Assembly (NCBI GenBank): GCA_038870975.1
Contig: JAVZJD010000001.1
Span: 512,001-576,000, forward strand
From: Candidatus Bathyarchaeia archaeon
GTDB taxonomy: Archaea > Thermoproteota > CALKCG01 > B24
Direction: 5' to 3'
DNA length: 64,000 nt
Shown: positions 19,430-28,507 of the stretch, in pieces
How positions within the stretch are numbered: position 1 is the stretch's first letter
Layout: each line of letters starts with the position of its first letter
Translations under genes and position numbers: made by a program
The notes under the pieces: model-generated
Told to the model about the DNA's origin: nothing
Database searches by the model: none
The model's input: only the letters and a program-made list of their open reading frames with translations

Positions 19430-20171
19430 CAGCTATGAATATGGACGAAAGTAGGATTACAACTGTTACCGCTACTGGGACAGTTGAAGACTGTCTACCA
19501 GCCATTAGATTCGGTATGTTTGTAGAAGATATTAGTATGCTTGAAAAGTAGCTTTGAGATACTTTTCCACTTGGGTCTTTAAACTCTATATAGAAGCGAG
19601 AGCTTACGAGTATGCCGGTTTCACAGTCATAGCTTCTCTCGATAAATCCATCCATCGTTGCATTCTTTAAATCCCCTATGTTAAGTCCATTTATCGTGAA
19701 GGTTGCATTCGTCAGCCAGCAGGCTCTATCTATAAAGAGCCTCGAAGAAACTAGTCGTAAGTCTACTACCGTCGCTGATAGGTTTTCAAGCTGAATTACA
19801 TCACCTATTTTAGGGACGTAGCTTATCCAGAGATAGTTTGTAGTATTTTCCACGGTTTTACCATCTATCGTCTTTATTCGGTTGGAGAATGTATCTATTT
19901 TAAACGTCTTCTCGAAAGACATGTCTTCAATACGCATCTCATAGAGAATGTAAACATATCCATCCGTCAAATTTACAACAGTCCACTTAAAAGTCCCCTT
20001 CGTCGGAGCGTAAGGAGCACCCTTGTAGACGGATACATTACAACTATACTCTACATACGTGCCTGGGTTAAGCCAATTAGGCTGAAAAGCATTAGCTCTT
20101 TGAGGTCTAGTGACACCAGTTGTAGAGAAGGCAATCAAAATTAGCACGGCTATTGCTAACCCACGTTTCAA
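19398..20171 (-). CDS. Secreted, C-terminally anchored hypothetical protein
   Basis: Signal peptide, WLNPGTYVEY, YDCETGILV, C-terminal TM plus basic tail. Confidence 0.65.
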   Translation of the reverse strand: MKRGLAIAVLILIAFSTTGVTRPQRANAFQPNWLNPGTYVEYSCNVSVYKGAPYAPTKGTFKWTVVNLTDGYVYILYEMRIEDMSFEKTFKIDTFSNRIKTIDGKTVENTTNYLWISYVPKIGDVIQLENLSATVVDLRLVSSRLFIDRACWLTNATFTINGLNIGDLKNATMDGFIERSYDCETGILVSSRFYIEFKDPSGKVSQSYFSSILISSTNIPNLMAGRQSSTVPVAVTVVILLSSIFIAVKRIFQVKRF

Positions 20172-20271
20172 AATAAACCCTGAAATGAGAAAACAGGGAG
20201 AGACTTATAAAATTATCCTGAAAGTGTAAACTCATCGGGTTGAGTTAAAGAGTAGTCTTATAAGCCCGCAT

Positions 20272-21423
20272 ATGACAGATATTGGAGAGGTCACTATGAG
20301 CGTTAAATGCGGTGTTGTAGGTTGCGGTGTTATAGCTAATGAAGCCTATCTTCCCGCCATTAAGAAGTATGGAAGGCTTGTAGCCGTATGCGATGTTGTT
20401 GAGAAGAAGGCAGAGAGAGCTGCTAAACTTTGGGGTGCTGAAGAATACTATAGGGATTATGAGGAAATGCTTGAAAAATCTGATGTCGAAGCTGTATTCA
20501 TACTCACCGGTATGGGCGACCACGCTCGACAGACGGCTATGGCTGCTAACTTAGGTAAGCATGTGCTAGTTCAAAAACCTCTAGCTACAAACATGGATGA
20601 ACTTAAGAAGGCTGTAGATGCCGTTAAAAGATCTGGTGTGAAGGCTTTAGTTGAACCGTGTGTTCAAATGTTTCCAGAGTATGTTAAGGCTAAAGAGATC
20701 CTAAAAGAGATCGGTACAGTCTTCTGGTTTAGAGCTGGACTTGGACGGGGGCCGCCCATATGGGGTGCGGAGACGTTCTTTACAAAGAAAGCTGGAGGCC
20801 CTCTATTCGACCTAGGTGTATATGAGATATCTGCTTTAACGTTTCTACTAGGGCCTGCTGAGAAAGTGTCAGGATTAGCGAAGACTTCCATTCCAGAGGT
20901 GGATATAGTGCCTGACGACTGGTTTATTGAACACCTGTCTAAGTTTGATACTTATAGAAGTGTATGGCCTCTACTAGGGAAGGCGCCTAGGACTAAGAAA
21001 GTTAAAGTAGAGGCGGAAGATAATACATTGACCATCGTGGAGATGAAGTCTGGATGTTTAGGCGTTGTAATAGCCAATTTTGTAACACCCGACGGCCTTA
21101 GGGTTGACATTGGCATGTTTCCAGACATAGAGATCTACGGCTCAGACGGGGGTGTGCTTATAGGTAGTGGAGCCTACGCCTTCGCCTATAAAACCGTTAA
21201 AATGAGAGAGTGGTCTAAAATAGGCTGGGATGCGATAGGTAGACGTGGTTGGAGTTACTACGAGGCTTCAACTAGACACTTCTTAGAGTGTATAGTGAAT
21301 GATAGGGAGCCGATACCTAACATAGACTGGGGAGCCCATGTGAGTGAAATAATGATAAAATCCATAGAGTCTTCGAGAACGGGTAAGACCCTTAAAATAG
21401 AGACTACGTTTAAACCATACTAA
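20272..21423 (+). CDS. Gfo/Idh/MocA-family oxidoreductase
   Basis: GVVGCGVIA, GKHVLVQKPLA, GGPLFDLGVY. Confidence 0.9.
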   Translation: MTDIGEVTMSVKCGVVGCGVIANEAYLPAIKKYGRLVAVCDVVEKKAERAAKLWGAEEYYRDYEEMLEKSDVEAVFILTGMGDHARQTAMAANLGKHVLVQKPLATNMDELKKAVDAVKRSGVKALVEPCVQMFPEYVKAKEILKEIGTVFWFRAGLGRGPPIWGAETFFTKKAGGPLFDLGVYEISALTFLLGPAEKVSGLAKTSIPEVDIVPDDWFIEHLSKFDTYRSVWPLLGKAPRTKKVKVEAEDNTLTIVEMKSGCLGVVIANFVTPDGLRVDIGMFPDIEIYGSDGGVLIGSGAYAFAYKTVKMREWSKIGWDAIGRRGWSYYEASTRHFLECIVNDREPIPNIDWGAHVSEIMIKSIESSRTGKTLKIETTFKPY

Positions 21424-21470
21424 GAATTAGACTTCCGTAATCTAGCAACACAGACACATAGGGATGACGT

Positions 21471-22709
21471 ATGCATAGGTTTAGTGAATTCTATAGAAGC
21501 TGGGGTAGGAATGCTAAAGTCTTAGTCCTTACGGAGCCTCTATGGAGCATCCCCATGAGCTGGGTGTTCTTCTATAGACCCATATTCATGCGTAGCTTAG
21601 GTATTACCGAGGTTGAAATAGGTCTTATGATGACGCTATACTCTATCCTTCAGATATTCCTTCCCCTATTTGGAGGATATTTGGCTGATAGATTTGGCAG
21701 GAAGAGGGTTCTTATGCTATTCGATGTAGTAGGATGGACTACGGCTATGAGCCTATGGATTATGGCTAGAGAATTATGGCATATGATGCTTGCCATAATA
21801 TTTGAAGCACTGATAACCGTAATATATTCCGTGTGGGAGTGTATGCTTATTGAAGACACCGCCCCTGAATATAGAGCTAGTATATTCAGCACTATAAACC
21901 TGATTTACGTAGTTGGAAGTCTTTTAACGCCATTAGCTGGATTTATAGTTATGACGTATGGTATTGAGACGGGATGTAGAATACTTTTCACTGTAGCTTT
22001 GACAAGTTTATGCGTAATGTTTACCGTAAGACAGATCTTTCTGAGAGAGACTGAAGTCGGTAGTCTACTCTTGAGGGAACAGAGCGATCTGTCTGGTTTT
22101 AAGGGCTATAGGAAGGCTATTAGAATCGTCTTTAAAACGAGGATAATCTTCCTAGTGTTTATATGCAGTGTTCTAGGCGGCTTCTACTACACTGTGTCAA
22201 GTACTTATAGTGCACTATACCTTACTGATTCTAAGGGGTTAGGATTGAGCGGAGGACTTGCATCGATAGTTCCAGCATCTTCATCCGTAGTATCAATCCT
22301 CCTACTGACCACCGTACTACCTAGGGTAAAAGGGGAGAATAGTCTCCTCAAGGTTTTAGTTTTTGGATACATATTGGCCGCGTTGTCTGTAACTACACTC
22401 ATTGTAGCCCCCAACGGATGTTTAACTTTAGCTGTTCTAGCTGGCGTCTTGGGAGGTTTCTACATCCTTGTTTATCCAACCATTAGGACGATTCTCGTAA
22501 ATAGAATAGACATGGTGGATGAAAAAGCTAAAGCTAAAATACTATCGTTATCTACAACATCCTCAGCTCTCGTAAACTGGCTGACGCCGACTTTAGCGGG
22601 ATATGCTTATGTAATAAACCCTAAAATTCCATTCATAGTATCAGCTGGAATCTTGACGGTAAACGCTATCATAGCTTTTACGATTAAAACTTTCACAGGG
22701 AAGTCTTAA
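21471..22709 (+). CDS. MFS transporter
   Basis: GGYLADRFGRKR motif A; about 12 TM segments. Confidence 0.9.
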   Translation: MHRFSEFYRSWGRNAKVLVLTEPLWSIPMSWVFFYRPIFMRSLGITEVEIGLMMTLYSILQIFLPLFGGYLADRFGRKRVLMLFDVVGWTTAMSLWIMARELWHMMLAIIFEALITVIYSVWECMLIEDTAPEYRASIFSTINLIYVVGSLLTPLAGFIVMTYGIETGCRILFTVALTSLCVMFTVRQIFLRETEVGSLLLREQSDLSGFKGYRKAIRIVFKTRIIFLVFICSVLGGFYYTVSSTYSALYLTDSKGLGLSGGLASIVPASSSVVSILLLTTVLPRVKGENSLLKVLVFGYILAALSVTTLIVAPNGCLTLAVLAGVLGGFYILVYPTIRTILVNRIDMVDEKAKAKILSLSTTSSALVNWLTPTLAGYAYVINPKIPFIVSAGILTVNAIIAFTIKTFTGKS

Positions 22710-22759
22710 ATTCGGAAAGATTTTATAAGCCTCAATTAGAAAAATGAATATTGGGATTT

Positions 22760-23353
22760 TTAAACGGTCACTTTCGCCCTAGGTTTTAAAATAAACCCTA
22801 TTACTGTTATTATAGCTCCTATGAATATTATACCTCCGCCTGCGGTCTGTAAAGTTGTAGCTATACCCCATTCTTCAACATGCATTTCGAAAGAAGCTGC
22901 TTGACCCCCCTCCCACTCATACCACCATAATTCCAACTCGTGAGTTCCAGCTGTTAAGAATACGCTGGTTTCATCCACTGCGTATGCCCTTAGAACCCAA
23001 CTATTTATCACAGGCTGTCCATCGACAATCAATATAATACCATCGTCACTCCCAGCCCTGAATATAACCGTCTTATCTTCTCCGAGAGTCACGTATAATT
23101 TTGCTCTGAAGCCGAAGTGGTCAAACCAGTCCTCATAGCTGATTGGATTGTAGTAGAAGTTTTTGGGGAATCTTGAAGACCCTATTACATCGCCCCAAGT
23201 ACCGTAAGAATCTACTATGCTATACCAAGTTACATCCCATTCATCAGCCTCCAGTAGAGCGTCTAGAGAGCTTGCATATTGGAAGCCGAAAACGGTTAGA
23301 GCTATTCCAACGACAAGTATAACCAAACCTACTATGAAAACGGTTTTATGCAA
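22760..23353 (-). CDS. PA14-domain membrane protein, paralogue 3
   Basis: TM - WDVTWYS..YGTWGD, GSDDGIILIVDG..INSW, LTAGTHELELWWYEWEG - TM. Confidence 0.8.
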   Translation of the reverse strand: MHKTVFIVGLVILVVGIALTVFGFQYASSLDALLEADEWDVTWYSIVDSYGTWGDVIGSSRFPKNFYYNPISYEDWFDHFGFRAKLYVTLGEDKTVIFRAGSDDGIILIVDGQPVINSWVLRAYAVDETSVFLTAGTHELELWWYEWEGGQAASFEMHVEEWGIATTLQTAGGGIIFIGAIITVIGFILKPRAKVTV

Positions 23354-23463
23354 TATCCCACCGTTAGGTAATACGGGAATTCGTATTAAAAATTTTGCTA
23401 TTTTAAAATCTACCGGAAAGCATAAAAGTTAAACCCAGGTAATTTTATTCTGGGTGTTGTCTT

Positions 23464-25461
23464 ATGGCAGAACCTTTCGAGAAAGTCGAGAAAGTTTCAC
23501 TGCCCATTGTCGTCGTTTTCAGCGTTCTTCTAGCTCTTATAAGCATGGTCTGGATAAGTCTACTTCCATCTGGACTTTGGCACTTCTACAACCTAGGTAT
23601 TGTGGCGTGTCCTCTACAGCTTACTTCAGCACCATTCATACTGATCCTCTTAACCGCAGCTATTAGTAAAGCTGGATTTTTGAAGAAGCTTAAGACGGCT
23701 ACATTAGTCTACCTTTACATGGCGGCTGTCTCAGTAGCATGGTATACGGATTACGCAGCCACGTCTGAGTGGTATGCAGGCGTATGGCACAATAGGAGGT
23801 TCTACCCAGATATTACAACGCAATACGTACCATGGTATTTGGCTCCTCCAACAGAATACGTTGAGAGGCTTATAACCGGTGGAGCTGTAGACTGGGGTGT
23901 ATGGACTACTCCAATCCTCTATTGGACTATGCTACACATAGTATTCTACCTCTTCATGGCCTCAATAATAACCATATTCAGGAGAAACTGGATAGATGTT
24001 GAAAAAGTCCCATTTACACATGTATTAGCTTCACATGAAATCTTAAAGTACACGTTTAAAGAAGAAGCTACGACTTCTAAACTCATTAAACCATTTATCA
24101 TAGGCGTAGTATTAGGCTTAATTGTTCAATTGCCAATTTACATGGCCGTCATGTTCCCATGGTTCCCAGACGTCTACGGATGGCGTATAAATACCTGCGG
24201 ACACGGAGGCTACTGGATACCCGCGGGTTCACCTTTAGCCTCTATCGTCGGTTTAAGCATGATTCAGAAGCACCCAGTATTTATAGCCATAGGATATTTA
24301 GTACCTCTATCAACGCTTTTCAGCACATGGTTTTTCCACCTGGTCTATATAATAGCTGTTCAAGTGGCGTTTGTCCTAGGATACTACACGGGTCTTGATG
24401 CCATTGGAGGATGTGGTAGAGCTTGGTGTGGGACTGTTACGCCAAACTTCGGAGAGCCTTTTAAGTTTATGGCGCTTAGCTACGTCGGCGGATCTACCGC
24501 TTTAACGTTGATCTACCTAGTGTTAAATTGGAGATATGTTAGAGATACTTTGCTTGCAGCAATGGGGAAGGGGCCTCTGAAAGATTACGAGAAGGAAGAG
24601 GCTTTAACCTATAGGCAGGCGTATACTCTCCTACTGATATCCATAGTTTTGATTATGATTGTTCTATCCGGATGGGGTATGGGACCTGCAACATCGATAA
24701 TTCTGATATTCACCGTATTCATCTTCTGGATCGCTAATACCCGTATCTGGGGTTTAGCTGGCTGTACTCTTCAAGGCGCAGAACATGGCAATGCCTTCTA
24801 CAGACTGTTCGTATGGCCGCAGGCACCTCAACCTCCTACGATGGAGTTTATGGCTTCAGCTTACCTTTCAGAGTGGCTGGTTGACGTGCCAAAGTCTTTT
24901 GGAGGCGCGGCACTATCGTTTGCAGCAGGTTATAAAATGGCGAGTTTAACTGGTGTGAAAACTAGGGACGCATTTAAGACGGTGTTGGTCGCTGGGATCT
25001 TAGGCTATCCTATTGTCATGGCAACCTACGTCTTAATGTGTCACACGTTTGGCCTAGCCAAACTCCCAGTATGGGCTGAGAGTACGTATGACTCTCTCAT
25101 AGATAGATGCGGCAATCCTGACAATTGGAACGTTAGACCCGGCACAGAACCTTGGTGGCCCAATTTCCTAGCAGGCTTCATCATAGTGGCTCTGCTAAGC
25201 TGGCTTCACGCGAGGTTTATCTGGTTTCCACTTGAACCCATAGGCTTTATACTCGGCACAAGTTACATGTCCATACTTTGGGGCGTATGGTTCCCATTCC
25301 TTATCGCTTGGATTCTTAAGACGATAACTTTGAAAGTAGGAGGGACTAGAGGCTATGAAGAGTTTGGAATTCCAGTGGCTGTCGGGCTGATAGCGGGCTA
25401 CATGATCGCAGTACTTATCGGAGGCCTTGTAGGAATAGTAAGATTCTTCGTACCGTTTTAA
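23464..25461 (+). CDS. DUF6785/DUF6784-like multi-pass membrane protein, paralogue 2
   Basis: WIDVEKVPF, HARFIWFPLEPIGF, KVGGTRGYEE, C-terminal RFFVPF. Confidence 0.75.
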   Translation: MAEPFEKVEKVSLPIVVVFSVLLALISMVWISLLPSGLWHFYNLGIVACPLQLTSAPFILILLTAAISKAGFLKKLKTATLVYLYMAAVSVAWYTDYAATSEWYAGVWHNRRFYPDITTQYVPWYLAPPTEYVERLITGGAVDWGVWTTPILYWTMLHIVFYLFMASIITIFRRNWIDVEKVPFTHVLASHEILKYTFKEEATTSKLIKPFIIGVVLGLIVQLPIYMAVMFPWFPDVYGWRINTCGHGGYWIPAGSPLASIVGLSMIQKHPVFIAIGYLVPLSTLFSTWFFHLVYIIAVQVAFVLGYYTGLDAIGGCGRAWCGTVTPNFGEPFKFMALSYVGGSTALTLIYLVLNWRYVRDTLLAAMGKGPLKDYEKEEALTYRQAYTLLLISIVLIMIVLSGWGMGPATSIILIFTVFIFWIANTRIWGLAGCTLQGAEHGNAFYRLFVWPQAPQPPTMEFMASAYLSEWLVDVPKSFGGAALSFAAGYKMASLTGVKTRDAFKTVLVAGILGYPIVMATYVLMCHTFGLAKLPVWAESTYDSLIDRCGNPDNWNVRPGTEPWWPNFLAGFIIVALLSWLHARFIWFPLEPIGFILGTSYMSILWGVWFPFLIAWILKTITLKVGGTRGYEEFGIPVAVGLIAGYMIAVLIGGLVGIVRFFVPF

Positions 25462-25533
25462 ACTCTCCCCGCTCTTATTTTTCGATTCTCCTGGGGTAAA
25501 TATTAAAATGGGAGGATAGGCTATTCTACATGT

Positions 25534-26772
25534 ATGGCTAGGTTGGCTTTAAAAGGCGGTTTAAGAGAAGCTGAAAATCTGAGAAAAATAGTTCCACTAT
25601 GGCCCATTTACGATGAAGAAGATGAACGGGCTGTAGTAGAAGTTGTACGAAGTAGAAGGTGGTGTAGGCTCTATCCAGGCTCTAAGGCTGAAGTTTTTGA
25701 GAAGATGTTTGCCGAGTATCATCAAGCTAAGTATGGAATAGCCGTTGCAAACGGCACTGTTGCTCTTGAACTTGCCCTTAAAACTGTCGGCGTAGGTATT
25801 GGAGATGAAGTTATAGTACCCGCTGTAACGTTTATAGCTACCGCTTCAGCTGTTAGCGAGGTTGGAGCTATACCGATATTCGCCGACGTAGACCCTGAAA
25901 CAGCAGCTATAAGTGCGAAATCTATTGAAGAGAATATAACGGAGAAGACAAAAGCAGTTATAGGTGTTCACTATGCTGGCTATCCAATAAATTTCGATGA
26001 AATTCTCCCAGTAATTAGAAAACACAACCTGTTTCTAATAGAGGATTGCGCTCACGCACATGGATCTGAGTGGAGGGGGCGTAAAGTCGGTGCAATCGGC
26101 CATATGGGGGGCTTTAGCCTTCAAGAGAGTAAGACTTTAACCGCTGGTGAAGGCGGTGTTGTTCTAACGAATAGCGATGAGCTTGCCGAGAAGGCTAGAC
26201 TTATCCACAATATAGGTAGAGTCCTGGGGAAGCCCGGCTATATACACTATATTTTGAGTTCAAACTACAGGCTTTCAGAGATACAGGCCGGGTTGTTGAT
26301 ATCGCAGATGAGGAGGCTTAGAGAGCAAGTTGAGCTTAAACATGAGACTGGGGAGTATTTAGCCTCTAAGCTTAAGAAGATAGGCGGTGTTGAGCCTCTT
26401 AGAAGAGATGAACGAGTTACTAAGAGAGGCTACTACTACTTTGTAATCAGATACTATCCTGAAGAGTTTCAAAACGTTCCAAAGGAGAGGTTTGTAGCGG
26501 CTTTAAATGCAGAGGGGGTGCCTGCTGGCGTAGGTTACGGTATGCCTCTGTACAAACAGCCAGCGTTTAAGAAGGAGAATCTCAAAGGGATATTCCCAGA
26601 GGGCTGGGAAATTCCGAATTATGAGGATTTAAGCCTTCCAGGTGCTGAAGAATACTGTAGAAGAGAGGTAACACTTCCACATCAAATACTACTCGGTGGA
26701 AGAGAGGCGGCAGACCTCGTAGTAGCTGCAATAGAGAAGATAAAGGAAAATGTTGACGAGCTTTTAACCTAA
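25534..26772 (+). CDS. DegT/DnrJ/EryC1/StrS PLP-dependent sugar/cyclitol aminotransferase
   Basis: NGTVALELAL, TFIATA, IEDCAHAHG, SLQESKTLTAGEGG, NYRLSE. Confidence 0.92.
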   Translation: MARLALKGGLREAENLRKIVPLWPIYDEEDERAVVEVVRSRRWCRLYPGSKAEVFEKMFAEYHQAKYGIAVANGTVALELALKTVGVGIGDEVIVPAVTFIATASAVSEVGAIPIFADVDPETAAISAKSIEENITEKTKAVIGVHYAGYPINFDEILPVIRKHNLFLIEDCAHAHGSEWRGRKVGAIGHMGGFSLQESKTLTAGEGGVVLTNSDELAEKARLIHNIGRVLGKPGYIHYILSSNYRLSEIQAGLLISQMRRLREQVELKHETGEYLASKLKKIGGVEPLRRDERVTKRGYYYFVIRYYPEEFQNVPKERFVAALNAEGVPAGVGYGMPLYKQPAFKKENLKGIFPEGWEIPNYEDLSLPGAEEYCRREVTLPHQILLGGREAADLVVAAIEKIKENVDELLT

Positions 26773-26840
26773 ATACCTTACCTGTCGTCTGTAGTGAGGA
26801 CTCTCCATCTCTCTTTTTCTTAAAGGCTTTAATTCTAGCT

Positions 26841-26870
26841 GAGAAGTTGTTGCAAACCTCCTATTTCTTC
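26841..26870 (-). repeat. Degenerate left-arm motif copy (minus strand)
   Basis: Reverse complement gaagaaataggaggtttgcaacaacttctc resembles aaaaataggagctttgcaggtcttctc at 60844; lies just downstream of a vapBC pair. Confidence 0.45.
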
Positions 26871-26976
26871 CCGTCATTTACATCTTACTTTTAGATTCTC
26901 TGCGGATTGAGTTAAGCGTTCTTCCACTTGATGAATCCCTACGGTGGAAATAAGAGAAGCGAGTGTTAGCGATGCT

Positions 26977-27399
26977 TCATATTTTTGGTAGCGTTATAAT
27001 GTCCTCTAGTTTTTTAAAGTGTTTATCGAATGAGTATATTTCCTTTATCCCATGAGCTTTCATAAACAGATAGGCTAACGCATCGTTAACGCTTATGTCT
27101 TTTTCTCTTGCTATCAATAAAGTGTTTGCGTAATCTTTTGGACTGACCGGATAGACTTTAACATTTTCGCTTGCTATAATCCATGCTAAAAATCCAAGGG
27201 ATTCTTGAATACCAAGCCCTGTTTCAATTACGTTTACAACCTCCGAAACGTGTACAACCGTTGTAGCTACTTCCTCCCCTTCCTCCACCCTTTTCACAAC
27301 AGCCTTTGCCTCATCTTTAACCGTCTGCTCAGCTCTCGTTAGAGCCCTCCGAGGTGTTAGATAAGCATGAAGGAAAATATTTGAATCTATAAATCTCAA
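26977..27399 (-). CDS. PIN-domain toxin (VapC-like)
   Basis: FIDSNIF, SEV, NDAL, YSFDKHF. Confidence 0.88.
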   Translation of the reverse strand: MRFIDSNIFLHAYLTPRRALTRAEQTVKDEAKAVVKRVEEGEEVATTVVHVSEVVNVIETGLGIQESLGFLAWIIASENVKVYPVSPKDYANTLLIAREKDISVNDALAYLFMKAHGIKEIYSFDKHFKKLEDIITLPKI

Positions 27400-27638
27400 T
27401 GTTCCTCGAGCTCCAATAGGACCCTCTTAATGGAGTGGGGGTCGGTAAAATCGACTTTTTCAGATACTTTGATGGAGTCAAATAACGCTGAAGGTGGAAG
27501 TGCCTCTATAGAGATTATTTCAATCCTATCGTCGCGCTTTATCAATGCTAACTTACGAGATTTCCAATTTTTCCTCCAATGTATAGGAATGGATATTCTC
27601 CCTTGCGAGTCAATATCCTTAATAATGATTTCCACCAT
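27396..27638 (-). CDS. AbrB/MazE-type antitoxin
   Basis: IDSQGRISIP..WRK; overlaps the PIN gene. Confidence 0.85.
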   Translation of the reverse strand: MVEIIIKDIDSQGRISIPIHWRKNWKSRKLALIKRDDRIEIISIEALPPSALFDSIKVSEKVDFTDPHSIKRVLLELEEH

Positions 27639-27763
27639 TTATATCACTTTCACCAGATTATGACTTATAGTAAAATATAAGTTTTCTTCCAAAACTTATC
27701 ATGTCACCAATACGAGACTATTAACCCCATAAACTCGATACCTTCAGCGAATCACCTAAAGCT

Positions 27764-28360
27764 TTATTTCCTAGGCTCTTTTACAAGCCCATACATTAGA
27801 GCTGGAAGCCCTATAGCTATCATCGCCAATCCTACAGACAATACTTGGTTTTTAACAAGCGTTCTCTCCTCTCTCAGAGTTTCAAAGCAACCTGAAACAT
27901 ATCCTATTTTCAGGTTTACGGTTTTTGGGTAACATGAGGGGTAGTTATAAACAAGGAAGTAATATGTAGATGTCTCATTGACTGTTATGATGTGTTCATA
28001 GTACTCTTGGTGAGACCAAGATATTGGTTTAGATATATTCTCCACGAGTGGAATAATGTTCTGATATGTTTCAACATTAAGCTCTTCAACCCTTTTAAAG
28101 AACTCTTCAAACACTCCGCCAGTGTAAATCTTAAGACCTACACACATGTTTGCTCCTATTTTTGCGACAACCGTGACGTTCCGTGGGAAAGTAAATTTTA
28201 AAAGCTTAACCTCTTCACGTTTCATTTCGAATCTACCTTCATATATTAAAGTCTCCGATTCCAGAGTTTTAAGCTGAACATCTACTGTTAAAGAGACTGT
28301 GAAAAGTAGAGCCCCAACAGTCAATAACACCAATCCGAATGATGCCATCCACTTAAGCAT
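27764..28360 (-). CDS. Two-TM membrane protein with extracellular beta-rich domain (paralogue of 37441..37974)
   Basis: TYYFLVYN..SCYPKTVNLKIG and YGLVKEPRK resemble TYVVFLSN..QCFEKLVEVKIG and YGILKEKRS. Confidence 0.6.
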   Translation of the reverse strand: MLKWMASFGLVLLTVGALLFTVSLTVDVQLKTLESETLIYEGRFEMKREEVKLLKFTFPRNVTVVAKIGANMCVGLKIYTGGVFEEFFKRVEELNVETYQNIIPLVENISKPISWSHQEYYEHIITVNETSTYYFLVYNYPSCYPKTVNLKIGYVSGCFETLREERTLVKNQVLSVGLAMIAIGLPALMYGLVKEPRK

Positions 28361-28507
28361 TAGAAGCCTCCATCTAGTAGAAGACCACCCTGTCGTTTAA
28401 TTAAGTTTTATGTAGGAGCAGAACCATTTTTCCCTCCCAGACCTATGGAGGTGAATACTTCACTCTAAAGTATGGAGCATCCGTGAGGAAGGAAAAATAG
28501 AAAGGGT

